Assembly (NCBI GenBank): GCA_964016885.1
Contig: OZ024741.1
Span: 143,964,001 to 144,028,000, forward strand
DNA length: 64,000 nucleotides
Source: Eledone cirrhosa
Taxonomy: Eukaryota
Reading direction: 5' to 3'
The notes beneath the pieces are model-generated. The model was not told the DNA's origin. It did not search any database and saw nothing but the letters and a program-made list of their open reading frames with translations. Below are positions 52,588 through 64,000 of this stretch, in pieces. Made by a program: the position numbers and the translations under genes. The first letter of the stretch is position 1, and the number at the start of each line of letters is the position of its first letter.

Positions 52588-53011
52588 ATAAGGTTGGTGA
52601 AAAAAATGTTTCTAAACATGCTTTTGAATAAGGTTGGTGAATAATGAAAATATAAATGAATAAATCAAATTTATTTGATAACCTGACTTGTTTTCTATTT
52701 AACTTAAATTTGTTTTCTAATTTGGCCCTTTTAAGAGCCACCTATATTTTCATTTAAGTAACTCCACTTACATCGATATGCTTTATAACCATGACTTGTT
52801 TTCTATTTGGTTCTTTTAAGTCTTCTCCCTCTCTCTCCTCTTCCCCCTCCCTCTCTCCAAAAAACGCGTGAAAACTCCACTTACGCGTGGTAGTAATACG
52901 GAAATAAACGATGTTTGACGAGTGACGTCACCTTCGCCTATTTCCATCGGCTGCTTGGACTGACAGCTAATAGCGTTGTAGTGCCAAAAAATATAAACAT
53001 AAATTATTAAA

Positions 53012-53195
53012 ATAATTGTTTCTACTTTAGGCACAAGGCCAGCAATCAACCAGTGCATTACTGGTACTTTATTTTATCGACCCCGTAAGGATGAAAGGCA
53101 AAGTCAACCTCGGCGGGATTTGAACTCAGATCGTAAAGGGACGTAACTATGCTGGAAAGCATGGCGTCCGACCCTCTACCGATACTGCCAATCCA
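53012..53195 (-). mobile_element. SINE family 1 in the MRPL21 proximal promoter
   Basis: Near-full reverse copy; TSD ATTAAAATAAT. Confidence 0.9.
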
Positions 53196-53332
53196 TTAAA
53201 ATAATCCTATTCGATTTATTTATTTTATCAGTCTTTGGTGCCGTTTCTAAACTTAGATGTAATGTTTACTGTAGCATCAGTGATGACGAGTCGCACTCGG
53301 TAATTTGCCGACGTAACTAATCGAATGTGTAC

Positions 53333-53340
53333 AAGATGGC
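53333..53340 (+). promoter_or_regulatory. YY1-like motif overlapping the start codon
   Basis: AAGATGGC at the MRPL21 ATG, common in housekeeping genes. Confidence 0.4.
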
Positions 53341-56300
53341 TGCTTCGTTAAGGTCATTTTGTCCCCTGTCGAGGTTTTTACAAAGCCTGCCGAACAAATC
53401 TACCTGTAAGTATATATAATTTTATATCACACATCATTTTGCAGTTTCTATGTTAATTCTGGTAATATATATATATATTTGATTAGAGTTTTCTTTCAAT
53501 AAATAGCACTTTAATTCTCAATGTCTCATGCTTGTTTTGTCTCGCACCCTTTCTATGTACTAGACAACTAGACTGTTACAAGGGAATTATAAGTCAAAGA
53601 GGGAGCATCTGTATAGTCACTGGATCTGCTAAACATTGCAGTTAAATCTCCATCATCTCACATTCTATCATCTTAAAACCAGGAAGGACACATTTGATAA
53701 AGTAATCATGGAAATACTGAAATATATTTTTTAAAAAAAAACAACAACAAAAAACTGTGATTAGAGGTGGGAAACTTTAATTTATCAAGGCATATCTGAA
53801 ATAAACAACTACCTTAGCGAGCGATTGAAATGAATCAGTTTTAATGAAAAATCGAAACAAATCCGCTAAGTTAACTTGTTGACTTTGCTTTATGCAGTAT
53901 GTGTGTTGTCTGTTTAAGAACAAGGTATTTGAAGTCTATTATTGTTTGGCAGATACGTTAGAGCATCGAGTTAAATGCTTTGCGGTATTTCTACCGGCTC
54001 TCTGAACTCCGGGTTCAAATCCCGTTGCAGTCAACTCTGTTTTCATTTCTGGTGAAGGCGCATGGCCTAGTGGTTAGGATGTTGGGGCTATGATCATAGT
54101 GTCGTTCGTTCAATTCTTGGACCCAATGCCGCGTTATCTTCTTGAGCAAAACACTTTATTTCACGTTGCTCCAGTCCACTCAGCTGAAAATGAATTCCCG
54201 CAATAGCTGAGGGTTAACCTTGCTATGGAGCGACATCCGGCCCAGCGGAGAGTCTTGTACTCTCAGTCATTTAACGCCTATGAAGCCAGGATAAGCACCG
54301 GCCTGGTGAGCCCCCAGCCTTAAAACAGCCTTTAACTTTTTTAAAACCCTGACAATGGATTGGTGTAATTATTATAGTGGTGTTAGATGAGTTGCTTTGC
54401 ATTATCTGTCGCAGCCCTTTGCGTTCCGGAATAAAATCCCGCATCCTGTTTAATCTGCACTTAACTAGCATTGACAGGTAAGATTAAAACCAGCATTGTT
54501 GCTGACGTTTTATCCTGCAGTGAATCAAAAAGAGATAGTTAACGAATGATATCCTTTTAAATAGACAAAGTATCAACGCTTCCTTAGAGGATATCTCCAA
54601 TGTGCGAACAGTAAACAAAATGTACAAGGCGTTTTTTTTTTTTTATTGTAAATTGTAATTTCCCAATAAGAATTAGGAGTTACCTCCCCTTATTCGTCGT
54701 TTTTGCAAAGAAAACTTTTTTTAACAACACGTAAATATCTCATATAACTAAAATAAAGTAGCGGAATAAGGTTTTATTGCCTCTATTTTCACAGCAACTA
54801 CCACCAATGGAAGCAGTATAGCATTCATCATCAGCCACTGCAAATCTACTGCAATGTTTCACATTTTTTATCTATATGCTACACAATGTATTATCAAGAT
54901 CCACTCATCAACAAGTTAGGATAAACAAGTTCACAGTTATTCAGTTTCATTTCTGGCTATTCTACTGCTACTATAACGATCACTGTTTCTCTGAATTAGC
55001 TGTCTATACTTCTCCCATGCATGTACATATACAATCTCTTTAGTCACTCTAGGTCTTCTACCCTTACTCGTGAAGGCCAATGGTTAAGGTTTGAAGTGCA
55101 CAATCAAAGTCGTGGATTCGATTTCTGGACAGGGTGGTACATTGTGTTCTTGAACAGTATGCTTCATTTCACATTGCTTTTTATGATAGGACTGGGGCTC
55201 CTATTATGAAAACATTGGAGAAAACTTCTATGAAATGCAACTTCATCTCACTTCTAATTCCTGCAACACAATGTTTGCTATTTCTACTGGGACAAGAGTT
55301 TCAGTCTACTCACATTCTTCACATTCAGGTTTTGCTATCATGTAATGACATTCTTTACATGCAAGCATCATAATTGCAATTCTGAGCTGCTCTTATGTCT
55401 AACTACTGTACATGAATCCTTCTCTGTCAGCTTGCCTGGCATTTTAGCCTTGCGGGTTCTATGAGAAGCTTCTCCATTTTGCCCTATCGTGTTTGATTCC
55501 TTCCCTCACTAATTTTTATTTCTTCCTCCATCTTTAGCCATATCTTTCTTGGTGTACCCCTTCCTCCCTTTTCTTTCATATTCATCCTTCCTCTTATTCC
55601 ATTTCTCTTCACAACTCATTGACTTTTATTTTCTCCTCTATCATCCTTAGCCATGTCTTTCTTCACCTTCCTCTATTTCATTCCATATTCATTTCCATCA
55701 CTTCTCTCACCCAGTCACATTTATCCTTCCCCAACACATAACCCAGTCATCTCATTCCATTTCTGTTGACAACTCCCTGGTTTTCATTTCATTCTCAATC
55801 ATCTTTAGCCATAAATTTCTTGATCTTCCTCTACTTTCTTCCACATTTATTTCCATCATTCCTCTCACCAAATTATTTTTCTCTTTCCTCAACTATATAT
55901 TATATTTAGAATATTTGTATATATATTTTTGTAGCTTCATTATCTCAAGTCACCAATGTTACAGCTGTCGTTTTGAAAGGCTCTACAGGTCTGAATGTAA
56001 CAACTCAACTATGTCGTTCTATGACCAAGTAAGTATAAGAATTTTATATATTGGCACTAGGCTATGAATATGTGAGAGGTAGAGGAAAATGTTTAATTGA
56101 TTAAGTCAAACCCAGTATATGGCTGGCATTTTTATCAAACCCAAGAGGTGAAAATGTAATTTTCATTCTGATCTGATTTGAACTTGAATGCAGAGGAATC
56201 AAAGTAAATATTGTCAAGTTATCAGTCTTGCAGTATGCCATTTCTATTTCTTCATAACCCCCAAGGATATATAATAATACTGAGTAAGTATTAACCCTTT

Positions 56301-59300
56301 TGATACCAAAAGCCTGAAACTGTCTTTAGTTCTACAATACAAAACTCATCATCATTTAACATCTACATTCCCTGCTAGCAAGGGTTGGGTGGGTCATAAC
56401 AGACTGAGTCATTACTCAAGCGGAGCTACTGACCTGTTTGTTTTAATCCTTTAGCATTTAAACTGGCCATATCCGGCCAGAGTTCTCTCACCTCTTTCTG
56501 TTCAAACTGGCTGTAACTGGTCACTCATACTGATGTTAAGGTATTGTTCTAAAAAAAAATCAAATCAAAATCTCATAGATTCATGTGGGATAATTATGTA
56601 ACATAAAGCCTTTACCATGGAAATATAATAGTATATATAAAATAATGTAAATGCTAAATGGTTAAAGTGTTTATATTTATTTAAGTCCCTGCCATCATAA
56701 TTTTATCTATGTTATGATTCAAACACCAGCTTATTAATGAGAAAGTTAGTTATATTGTGAAATCAATTAAAATGTTAGTTTATTTTTAAAATGTTTGAAT
56801 CACAGGCAGTGTCTTACATTAGAAATATAGTAACAAAAAGACTTCTATCATAAGCACAAGACCATACACATTTTAGGGAAAGGAATAGTCAATTATATCA
56901 GCTCTAGTTGATGATATGATTGATTTAACTGTTACTTATTTTATTGTGGACATAGCATGGTCAAATGATTAAGAAGTTCACTTCACAGACATTAGGATTC
57001 AGATTTGATTCCACTGCATGGCATCTTGGGCAAGTGTCGTTTACCATAGCTTTGGGTTGATCCATGCCTTGTGAGTGAAATTTGGTAGACAAAAACTGTT
57101 TGGAAGCCCGTTGGATGGACTGTACCTGTAATTCAAAAGACCAGTCTTGTTACACATGTGTCATGCTAAATCTCTTAGAGAATTACATTAAGGATACATG
57201 TGTTTGTGGAATGCTCAACCACTGACACATTCATTTTATGAGCAGGCTGTTCGATTGATTGACCAACTGGAGGTCCATTCCTCCATGCCACATATGTTAC
57301 CAACCTTGGAAGGATGAAAATATAATAAATCCCAGTTATGTACTGGGGTTATTGTTCAGTAGTACTTTGTTACCTCTGCTTGAAAAAAACTCATGTTGCA
57401 GTAGAAATATTGAACATCATGTGACTTGGTTTTCATTTCCATTCATAGCTATTTCACCTTACCTGCTCTTTAGAAATGTGTGATTATGATTGTTCCATCT
57501 TCTTTAAATCTAAAACTTTGTGTCTCTATAAGAAACTAATATTTTTTTTATAGAGGTATATATGAAGGCATATATGATATATTTATGTATACTATAAACT
57601 ATGAATATTTTTAAGCTGTGATCATAGCCATGTGAGAAGCTATAGCTTATTCTTCTCTCAGTACCGAATTAAGTAAATGTCACTGATGGTAGATTAACCC
57701 TTTAGCATTCACATTATTTTATATATACTATTATATTTTAATGGTAAAGGCTTTACCTCACATAATTATCTCACATAATATCGAATCTATGAGATTTTGA
57801 AAGTATTTATTTTGAAAACAATACCTTAACATCAGTTTGAGCGGCCAGTTACAGCCAGTTTCAACAGAAAGAGGTAAAGAATTCTGGCCGGTTTGAACAT
57901 TAAAGGGTTAAGAAATCCTGAAACACTAGTTTCTGGCATTCTTACATGGCTACTGAGATAACTGTGACATGATGATGGTTTAAAACAATCAAAGCATGAT
58001 TTATATATGTTTTTTTATACATAAACATATTGTATACTCTTCGTATAACCTCTATCATGAATCACCTTATATTAGGGCTATTGCTGATTAATATTTTTCC
58101 CCACCCTGTTAATAAATGGCTGTGAGGTTAAGATGCTTGTTTACTGTTGTCATGATTATAGGTTCAGATTTGATTGTTCTCATTGTGGTCTTTGAAGAAA
58201 GTACTTAATTCTGTTCTATAGTTAATGTTTTTACTGCTTCAGTCTGCCTAAATGAACAAAGAAAACTAGGCTCCATGATTGAGTGGTTAGCAATAAATAG
58301 GAAGGGCATTCAACTGTAAAAACATGTGCTTTAATCATTCCATCCGTATAAGCATGAAAAAAAACAACAAAACAATGTAAAATATATATTAAATCTTATT
58401 AATTGGAAATGTTTTACAGGTGGCACAAATTCAATTTTGGAAGACAGAAACCTTTGGTTAAAAAAGATCCACCTGAGGTTTTGGATGATGAAAAGAATAA
58501 AAGTAAGTTTAAATCTTATCACTGGCACTTTGTGTTAAGGCCAAGGCACATAACTTTATCCACAGTTAACGTAAATGAACATCATCATTATCATCCTTTT
58601 ACTTCTGCTTTTCCATGTTTGCATGGGTTTGATGGGTCTTTTCCATGTATGCATGGGTTTGATGGGTCTTTTCCATGTTTGCATGGGTTTGATGGGTCTT
58701 TTCCATGTATGCATGGGTTTGATGGGTCTTTTCCTGCACAACTTCTCTCCACCTATTCCTTTATCATATCCTCTGACAGGTTTAACACTTTGAGATCTGC
58801 TCTTGGCACTTCTGCCCTGGTTTTCCTTGGTTTATCTCTACTGCTGCTTCCTTCCACTCAGAACTCCTGGCACCTCCTCATCTACTTTTAAGAAACACCT
58901 TATGTATTAGTTGCTGTTGATTTGGGACCTTTGTCAGTTCTGATTGCAAGTGTTCTAGTTGTTCAAATAATGGAACAGTCTGCTCATGAAATTAATGTGT
59001 GAGTGATTGAGCATTCCACAAATATGTGCACACTTAATGTAGTTCTCAGGGATATTCAGTATGACACAATATGTGACAAAGCTGGCCCTTTAAATCACAG
59101 GTACAACTCATTTTTGACATCTGAATGCACTGAAGAAATGTGAAACAAATTATATTACTCAAGGACACAATGTGCCACAGGGAAGCAAAACTGATATATA
59201 TATATATATATCATCATCATCATTTTACGTCCGTTCTTCCACGCTAGCATGGGTTAGACGGGTTGTGCTGTTGTGGGCAGTGTCTGGTCGGCTGACCTTG

Positions 59301-62300
59301 TCTTGCTCATACAGGAACTGATTCTGGCTTGATTTCTACAGCTGGATGCCCTTCCTAACACCAACCTCATTTACAGTGAGTGCTGGGTGCTTTTTTTCCG
59401 TGGCGCCTACACGTCCATTTTACATTGTGGGCTGGGTGCTTTTTTGCCGTGGCACCTCCACGACCACTTTGCAGTGGGAGCATATTGTCTATATGCTTCA
59501 GCTTCGGCTTGTACCCGTGGGGGGGGGGGGGGGGGGGGGGGGGTCTTTTGTATTACAGCATGACGCCAGAGGTCACGGTCATACATATATATATATAAAC
59601 ATTACATAATATATATACAACAAAGGGTTTCTCCCTATCTACAAAAGGAAGGCTGTATGACGCCTGTGTGTGTGGTGCACAATGCTGCATGGTAGTAAAA
59701 CATTAGCTGTGTCTGCAGAGGACGTGTGTAGACTGGAGAGAAATGAAGCAAACATGCTTTGTTGGATGTTCAATGAAAATGTTAGAGAAAGGCAGAGGTT
59801 GGATGAGCTGAGAGAGAAGCTGGGCTTAAGGAGAATCCGAGATGGTGTACAGGAGGGCATGGACAATGACCAATGGGTGAAGAAATGCCAGGAAATCCCA
59901 GTGGAGACAAGCTGCTATAGAGGATGATCAAGAAAGACCTGGGCAGAGGTTGTGTGAGTGGACCTCAAATCGCTAAGAATGGCGGAGGAGATGATGAAGA
60001 AACATGACAAGTGGAGAGATGACGTGCTGAGTAGGACACATCCAACCCATGCAAGCATGGAAAAGCAGATGTAAAATCAATTATGATTATGACAGAACGG
60101 TGGATTGGCAGTATCGGTAGAGGGTCGGACGCCATGCTTTGATGCATAGAGTTACAACCCTTTCCAATCTGAGTTCAAATCCCGCCGAGGTTAACTTTGC
60201 CTTTCATCCTTACGGGGTCGATAAAATAAAGTACCAGTAATGCACTGGGTAATTTGCTGGCCTTGTGTGCCAAAAGTAGAAACAATTATGACAGAACATT
60301 ATACTTGGTGTGAAGCTAAGAGTACATAGTGCAAAGCAGACAGTGGACAGCAAGTTATATACAGTGGGTACAATAGGGATCTCAAACTCAAGACTTAAAA
60401 GGGCCATTACTTCCTGGGGGAAAGGCACAGCTTGTTAAAAAGGAGATGGAGGGGGTGTGTGATTTCCACCAGTTATAATGCTATTCTGCAATACAGCTGA
60501 TAGGCTGCTATTTATTATTTTCTTTCAAATGAATGCGCATGTGATAATAAGTGGGATATGTGAATTAATACAAAATGTAGGGGAACAAATTTCTTTAAAA
60601 ACCCCTATACACATATATATACACCTGCATACATACATGAGGGATAAATTACCAAGTTTTAGGAAAATATTAGTCATGAAAATTGTTTTGCTGCAAGCCA
60701 TAGAAAAGTAGTTTGTGAACTGCGTGTTTGAGACCCATAGTGTACAGTAACAACAACAAACATTTTAAGGCAGGGGTTAGCCATGCTTGTCCCATGACAA
60801 GCATCCTCATTTTTCCCTATTATCTGCACTCTCCCCCACCAATCCCCTGGCTTTCCGTCTCCATCATTTTTAGCCATGTTTTTCTTGTTTATCTCTTCCT
60901 CTGCTTCCTTCCACATTCATTTTCATCACTCCCCTTACTCAGATGTACAATTGGTGGTGGTGATGTTGTTACTGATTTTATGTAAGAAATGTTTTCAACT
61001 GTAAAGACTTGCTGATAATATATGTACTTCCTTGTTTGCAGAACTGGTAGCTAGAGTAGCTGAACAAATATCAAGTCCTGATATTGGTCGGCTCTTTGCT
61101 GTTGTTTACATTCGAGGTTTACAAAGAAAAGTCACAAATGAAGACATGTTAATTGTTAATGGCTCCTTCCCGCCTAACATTGGGGACAGGCTGAGGTTAG
61201 AAAAGGTGAGGTTTCTGGTTTAAAAAAAAAATGTTTACTTGCTAGGTCTGGAGGAAGGAGCTATGTCCATGACCTTTGCAGGCCCTCGAAGACTGATGAG
61301 ATTGATGATTAGTTTAAATTGTTGAAATTTGACTCCTGCATGAAAGATATGTGTAAGAAGAGTTCTAGAGGGATGATATTCTGGAGAGGAAGGATTAGAT
61401 ATAGTGGTTAGTATGGGGCTTGAAGAGTTGGACCAATGTGGGGGAGGAGAGGAATAAAGACAAGTAAAGCAAGAGCACTTATAATCCTTCCTCTCCTTCT
61501 TAGGTTAGAAGAGGTGAAGTTTCTGCCAAGATCTTGTCTTTTTAACTGCTTTTTAGTCCCCATGAAAGGCTTCGTGCTCATCATAAGATTCTTTTTATCC
61601 TTTTAGTCACCTCTTATGACAGAAATGAAGTGTTGTTATTCTAAACCAGGTACACACAGTCATCCTCCTCCTCATCGTTTAATGTCCATTGGCTTGGTTT
61701 CTTCGGCTGGATGCCTTTCCTAATGCCAACTACTTTACAGCATTTAATGGGAGCATGGTTTCTATGGCTGGATGCCTTTCTTAACACCAACCATTTTACA
61801 GAGTGTGCTGAGAGTATTTTATCATGACTCCCATCCTTTGAGGATAGACTGGGTGTATAATATAATCCATTCTGTGCCTAAATATTATGTACCTCATTCT
61901 AGGACTATATTGATGTACTCAGAGCTGGTATTATGCTCTAGGCAAACTAGGATGTTGCCCAGGGTGCTAAATTCTGGAGGAACCATACAAATTCTAAACA
62001 TTTTAGACAAAATTTCTTAATCCCATAAAAACACAAAAAGTTAGTAAAAAAGAGAGCAGATGATGTCACTCCCAGAACAGGAGGACAGGGATTGGGGAGA
62101 TGACATTTTAGATGATGAAGATTGACTAGGATGAGTAACAAAGGCAGAGAGAAAATAGGAAGACAGCAGGTCTGTAAGCTGTAGGCTCTAGAGGATGGAG
62201 TGTGTTGGTGAGATACCAAATTCTTGATTATTGAAAATTAATTGTTTCTACTTTTGGCACAAGGCCAGCAATTATCCAGTACATTACTAGTACTTTATTT

Positions 62301-63612
62301 TATCGACCTCGTAAGGATGAAAGGCAAAGTTAACCTCGGCAGGATTTGAACTCAGACCGTAAAGGGACGTAACTATGCTGGAAAGCATGGCGTCCGACTC
62401 TCTACTGATACTGCCAATCCACGTCAATTTCTTTCATTAGAATTCTCAAAGGGCACAACAAACCATTTTTAAATATGAGACATTGCAAGTGAACTTGGAC
62501 AATATCAACACAACTCTTTATCTTTCTCATTCAGGTTTTGTTAGTTGGCAGCAAAGATTTTACTCTTGTTGGAAGACCAGTCTTAAGGTAAGATTTCTCT
62601 CTGCTTTACAAACATTTTACCCATCACACCACATCCCACTCCTCCATCCTCCTTTGTTCCTGGAAGTAATCTCACCTACTTTCAGAGGACCATGTCTTGT
62701 TCATATGTTCCATATTTGGTATGGCTTCTATGGCTGGATGCCTTTCCTAACACCAGTCACATTACAGGTTGCATTTTATTATTGCACAATCACTAACATT
62801 TTACTAAATTCCTCCAAATTCTTGATTATTTAAAAAATTATTTGACAATTGTAAGCAGTGTCTTTCATTAGAAATATAGTAATGAAACGGTTAATATGAT
62901 ATTTGTAACAACTTAAAGATTCTATCAAATCATGTTAAAAGATTATAAAGTGGGTGATTTTGATTTATGGAACTAGTAGTAGTTTTGAGTGAGATGATAT
63001 TAAAAGGGTTATGGTGCACCGCATCCCCCACCTACCATAAAGTCTGCAAAAGAAAAAAATTTTGGAATTGCAGGTACATTTAATTTGAATAAAATAGTGC
63101 CTTTCTTTCTTTGATGTCCATGTGTTTATTTTGCTTCATATTTAATCCAGCCCTGATACCAAGTATTGAATACTAAAAAAATATAACCCAAAATGTATAT
63201 TACATTAAGTATTGTGTACTAGATATTTATTACACCATGTATTGGGTATTCTATTTTTCAGTCCAAATATTGTTCGGGTTGAGGCAACTGTTACTGAGAA
63301 AACTTTGTCACATTCTAAAGTGAAACTCTCATATACTGCACGGAAACACAATCGCAAATTTAAATGTAAGTGTTGTCAGCTTTAAAGAAATACTTTTATA
63401 TTTATAACCCAATTTATAACTCAGATAGTTGAGGTGAAGTAGTGTAGTTTCAGTGTTGTTTTCATATTTTTAAGAGTAAAATATTAAGTGATTGCTTTTT
63501 CTTTCTGTTTCCAGTGTTGAAAGATCTTCAAACAGTCCTTGTTATAAACAATATAGAAGTTAATCCCAATGGACTCACCTCCGACACATCTGACATCATA
63601 TCAGCTTCTTGA
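53336..63612 (+). CDS. MRPL21: Mitochondrial ribosomal protein L21 (bL21m), 7 exons, 221 aa
   Basis: Exons 53336-53405, 55935-56028, 58420-58502, 61042-61205, 62535-62587, 63262-63365 and 63515-63612; all GT-AG, phase-consistent, 666 nt in total. Motifs GRLFAVV..Q.KVT.ED..GDRLRLEK / VLLVG..FTL.G.P.L / VRVEATV.EKT / QTVL.IN.IE. AATAAA at 63666. Confidence 0.93.
54053..54310 (+). mobile_element. tRNA-derived CORE-like SINE in MRPL21 intron 1
   Basis: TGGCCTAGTGG A-box, GTTCAATTC B-box and CTTGAGCAAAACACTTTATTTCAC block. Confidence 0.65.
57694..57911. mobile_element. piggyBac-like MITE, second family
   Basis: TTAACCCTTTAG...TAAAGGGTTAA; an inverted sister copy lies at about 56443-56664. Confidence 0.65.
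58608..58734. repeat. 4 x 30-bp tandem repeat of an RTE 3'-terminal segment
   Basis: CTTTTCCATGT(T/A)TGCATGGGTTTGATGGGT x4, lying between a (CAT)n tail and an RTE C-terminal remnant that extends to about 58890. Confidence 0.85.
59210..59580 (-). mobile_element. 5'-truncated RTE family B (3' UTR)
   Basis: Nearly the same as 14105-14470; flanked by (TA)n. Confidence 0.78.
59618..60090 (+). mobile_element. RTE family A 3' fragment
   Basis: MLHGS..LERNEA.ML.WM and WVKKCQE.PVE, with a short 3' UTR. Confidence 0.82.
60099..60287 (+). mobile_element. SINE family 1
   Basis: TSD ATTATGACAGAAC. Confidence 0.9.
62239..62422 (-). mobile_element. SINE family 1
   Basis: Reverse copy in MRPL21 intron 4. 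Confidence 0.9.
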
Positions 63613-63769
63613 TAATCCACTCATTTATTTGTGCATTCATTGTTATTTTGACAGTGTAAATAGTTAATAAACAGATTTGACTAAAAAGTTGTACTCTGTC
63701 GAATTATTTTAAATGTTAGCGAATTTCAGCACCTTTAATAATAGCAGCAGCTGCAGCAGTATTTCCTAC

Positions 63770-64000
63770 TTCTGTTCCATCTTAACCTCTATCTTACTCA
63801 TACCTCTGTTTCTACTGTTACCTCTATCTTAGCCTCTTCTTTGTTCTACCTTCATCTCTGCTCCACTTTCACCTTTATCTTAGTCTTATCTCTATTTCCT
63901 ATCATAGCCTCATCTCTGTTCCGCTTTCACCTCAACACTCCTACCTTTAATTCTATCCTACTCTCACAACTGTCTCACTCTCACTTCTATCCTACCAACA
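63770..64000. repeat. Pyrimidine-rich hexamer-like low-complexity tract
   Basis: Recurrent CTCTAT/CTCTGT/CTTTCA units downstream of the MRPL21 poly(A) signal. Confidence 0.6.

Larger units (their letters stand above)
30836..52985 (+). mobile_element. Putative giant Merlin DNA transposon (22,150 bp)
   Basis: Perfect 28-bp terminal inverted repeats GGCACTACAACGCTATTAGCTGTCAGTC (30836-30863 / 52958-52985) and a second perfect 39-bp inverted block (30884-30922 / 52878-52916). Flanks GAAAAATA / AAAAAATA (8-bp TSD, 1 mismatch). ISXO2-like transposase inside. Confidence 0.7.

Noticed and set aside
58403-58891. 162-aa ORF with FPCLHGFDGS repeats
   Set aside because: Only 58420-58502 is MRPL21 exon 3; the rest is intron read-through into an RTE-derived tandem repeat.

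Overview
AT-rich, intron- and transposon-rich animal genomic DNA, not prokaryotic. The RTE LINE, tRNA-SINE and microsatellite landscape suggests a mollusc, probably an octopus-like cephalopod (inference). Host genes: (1) the last exon of ABCB7 (+, 11396-11647); (2) a complete 7-exon MRPL21 gene (+, 53336-63612, 221 aa, all splice phases consistent); (3) a minus-strand unit interleaved antisense with ABCB7. That unit contains an intact 691-aa hAT-transposase-derived (ZMYM1-like) ORF inside a large splice-site-bounded exon, a 75-nt non-coding exon, and two phase-compatible exons of a second, unidentified ORF. The most striking structure is a putative 22.15-kb Merlin (IS1016/ISXO2-like DDE) DNA transposon at 30836-52985. 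It has GG-initiated terminal inverted repeats, a 7/8-matching 8-bp target-site duplication and a frameshifted transposase, and it ends about 350 bp upstream of the MRPL21 start codon. Its interior holds decayed acidic exon-like cassettes, telomere-like and hexamer arrays, a complex satellite, a Helitron-like element and nested LINEs/SINEs. The rest of the window is RTE LINEs (two families with a PHD finger inside the RT domain), CRE, Tx1 and CR1/L2 fragments, SINEs and MITEs. All calls are by eye; no database searches were run.
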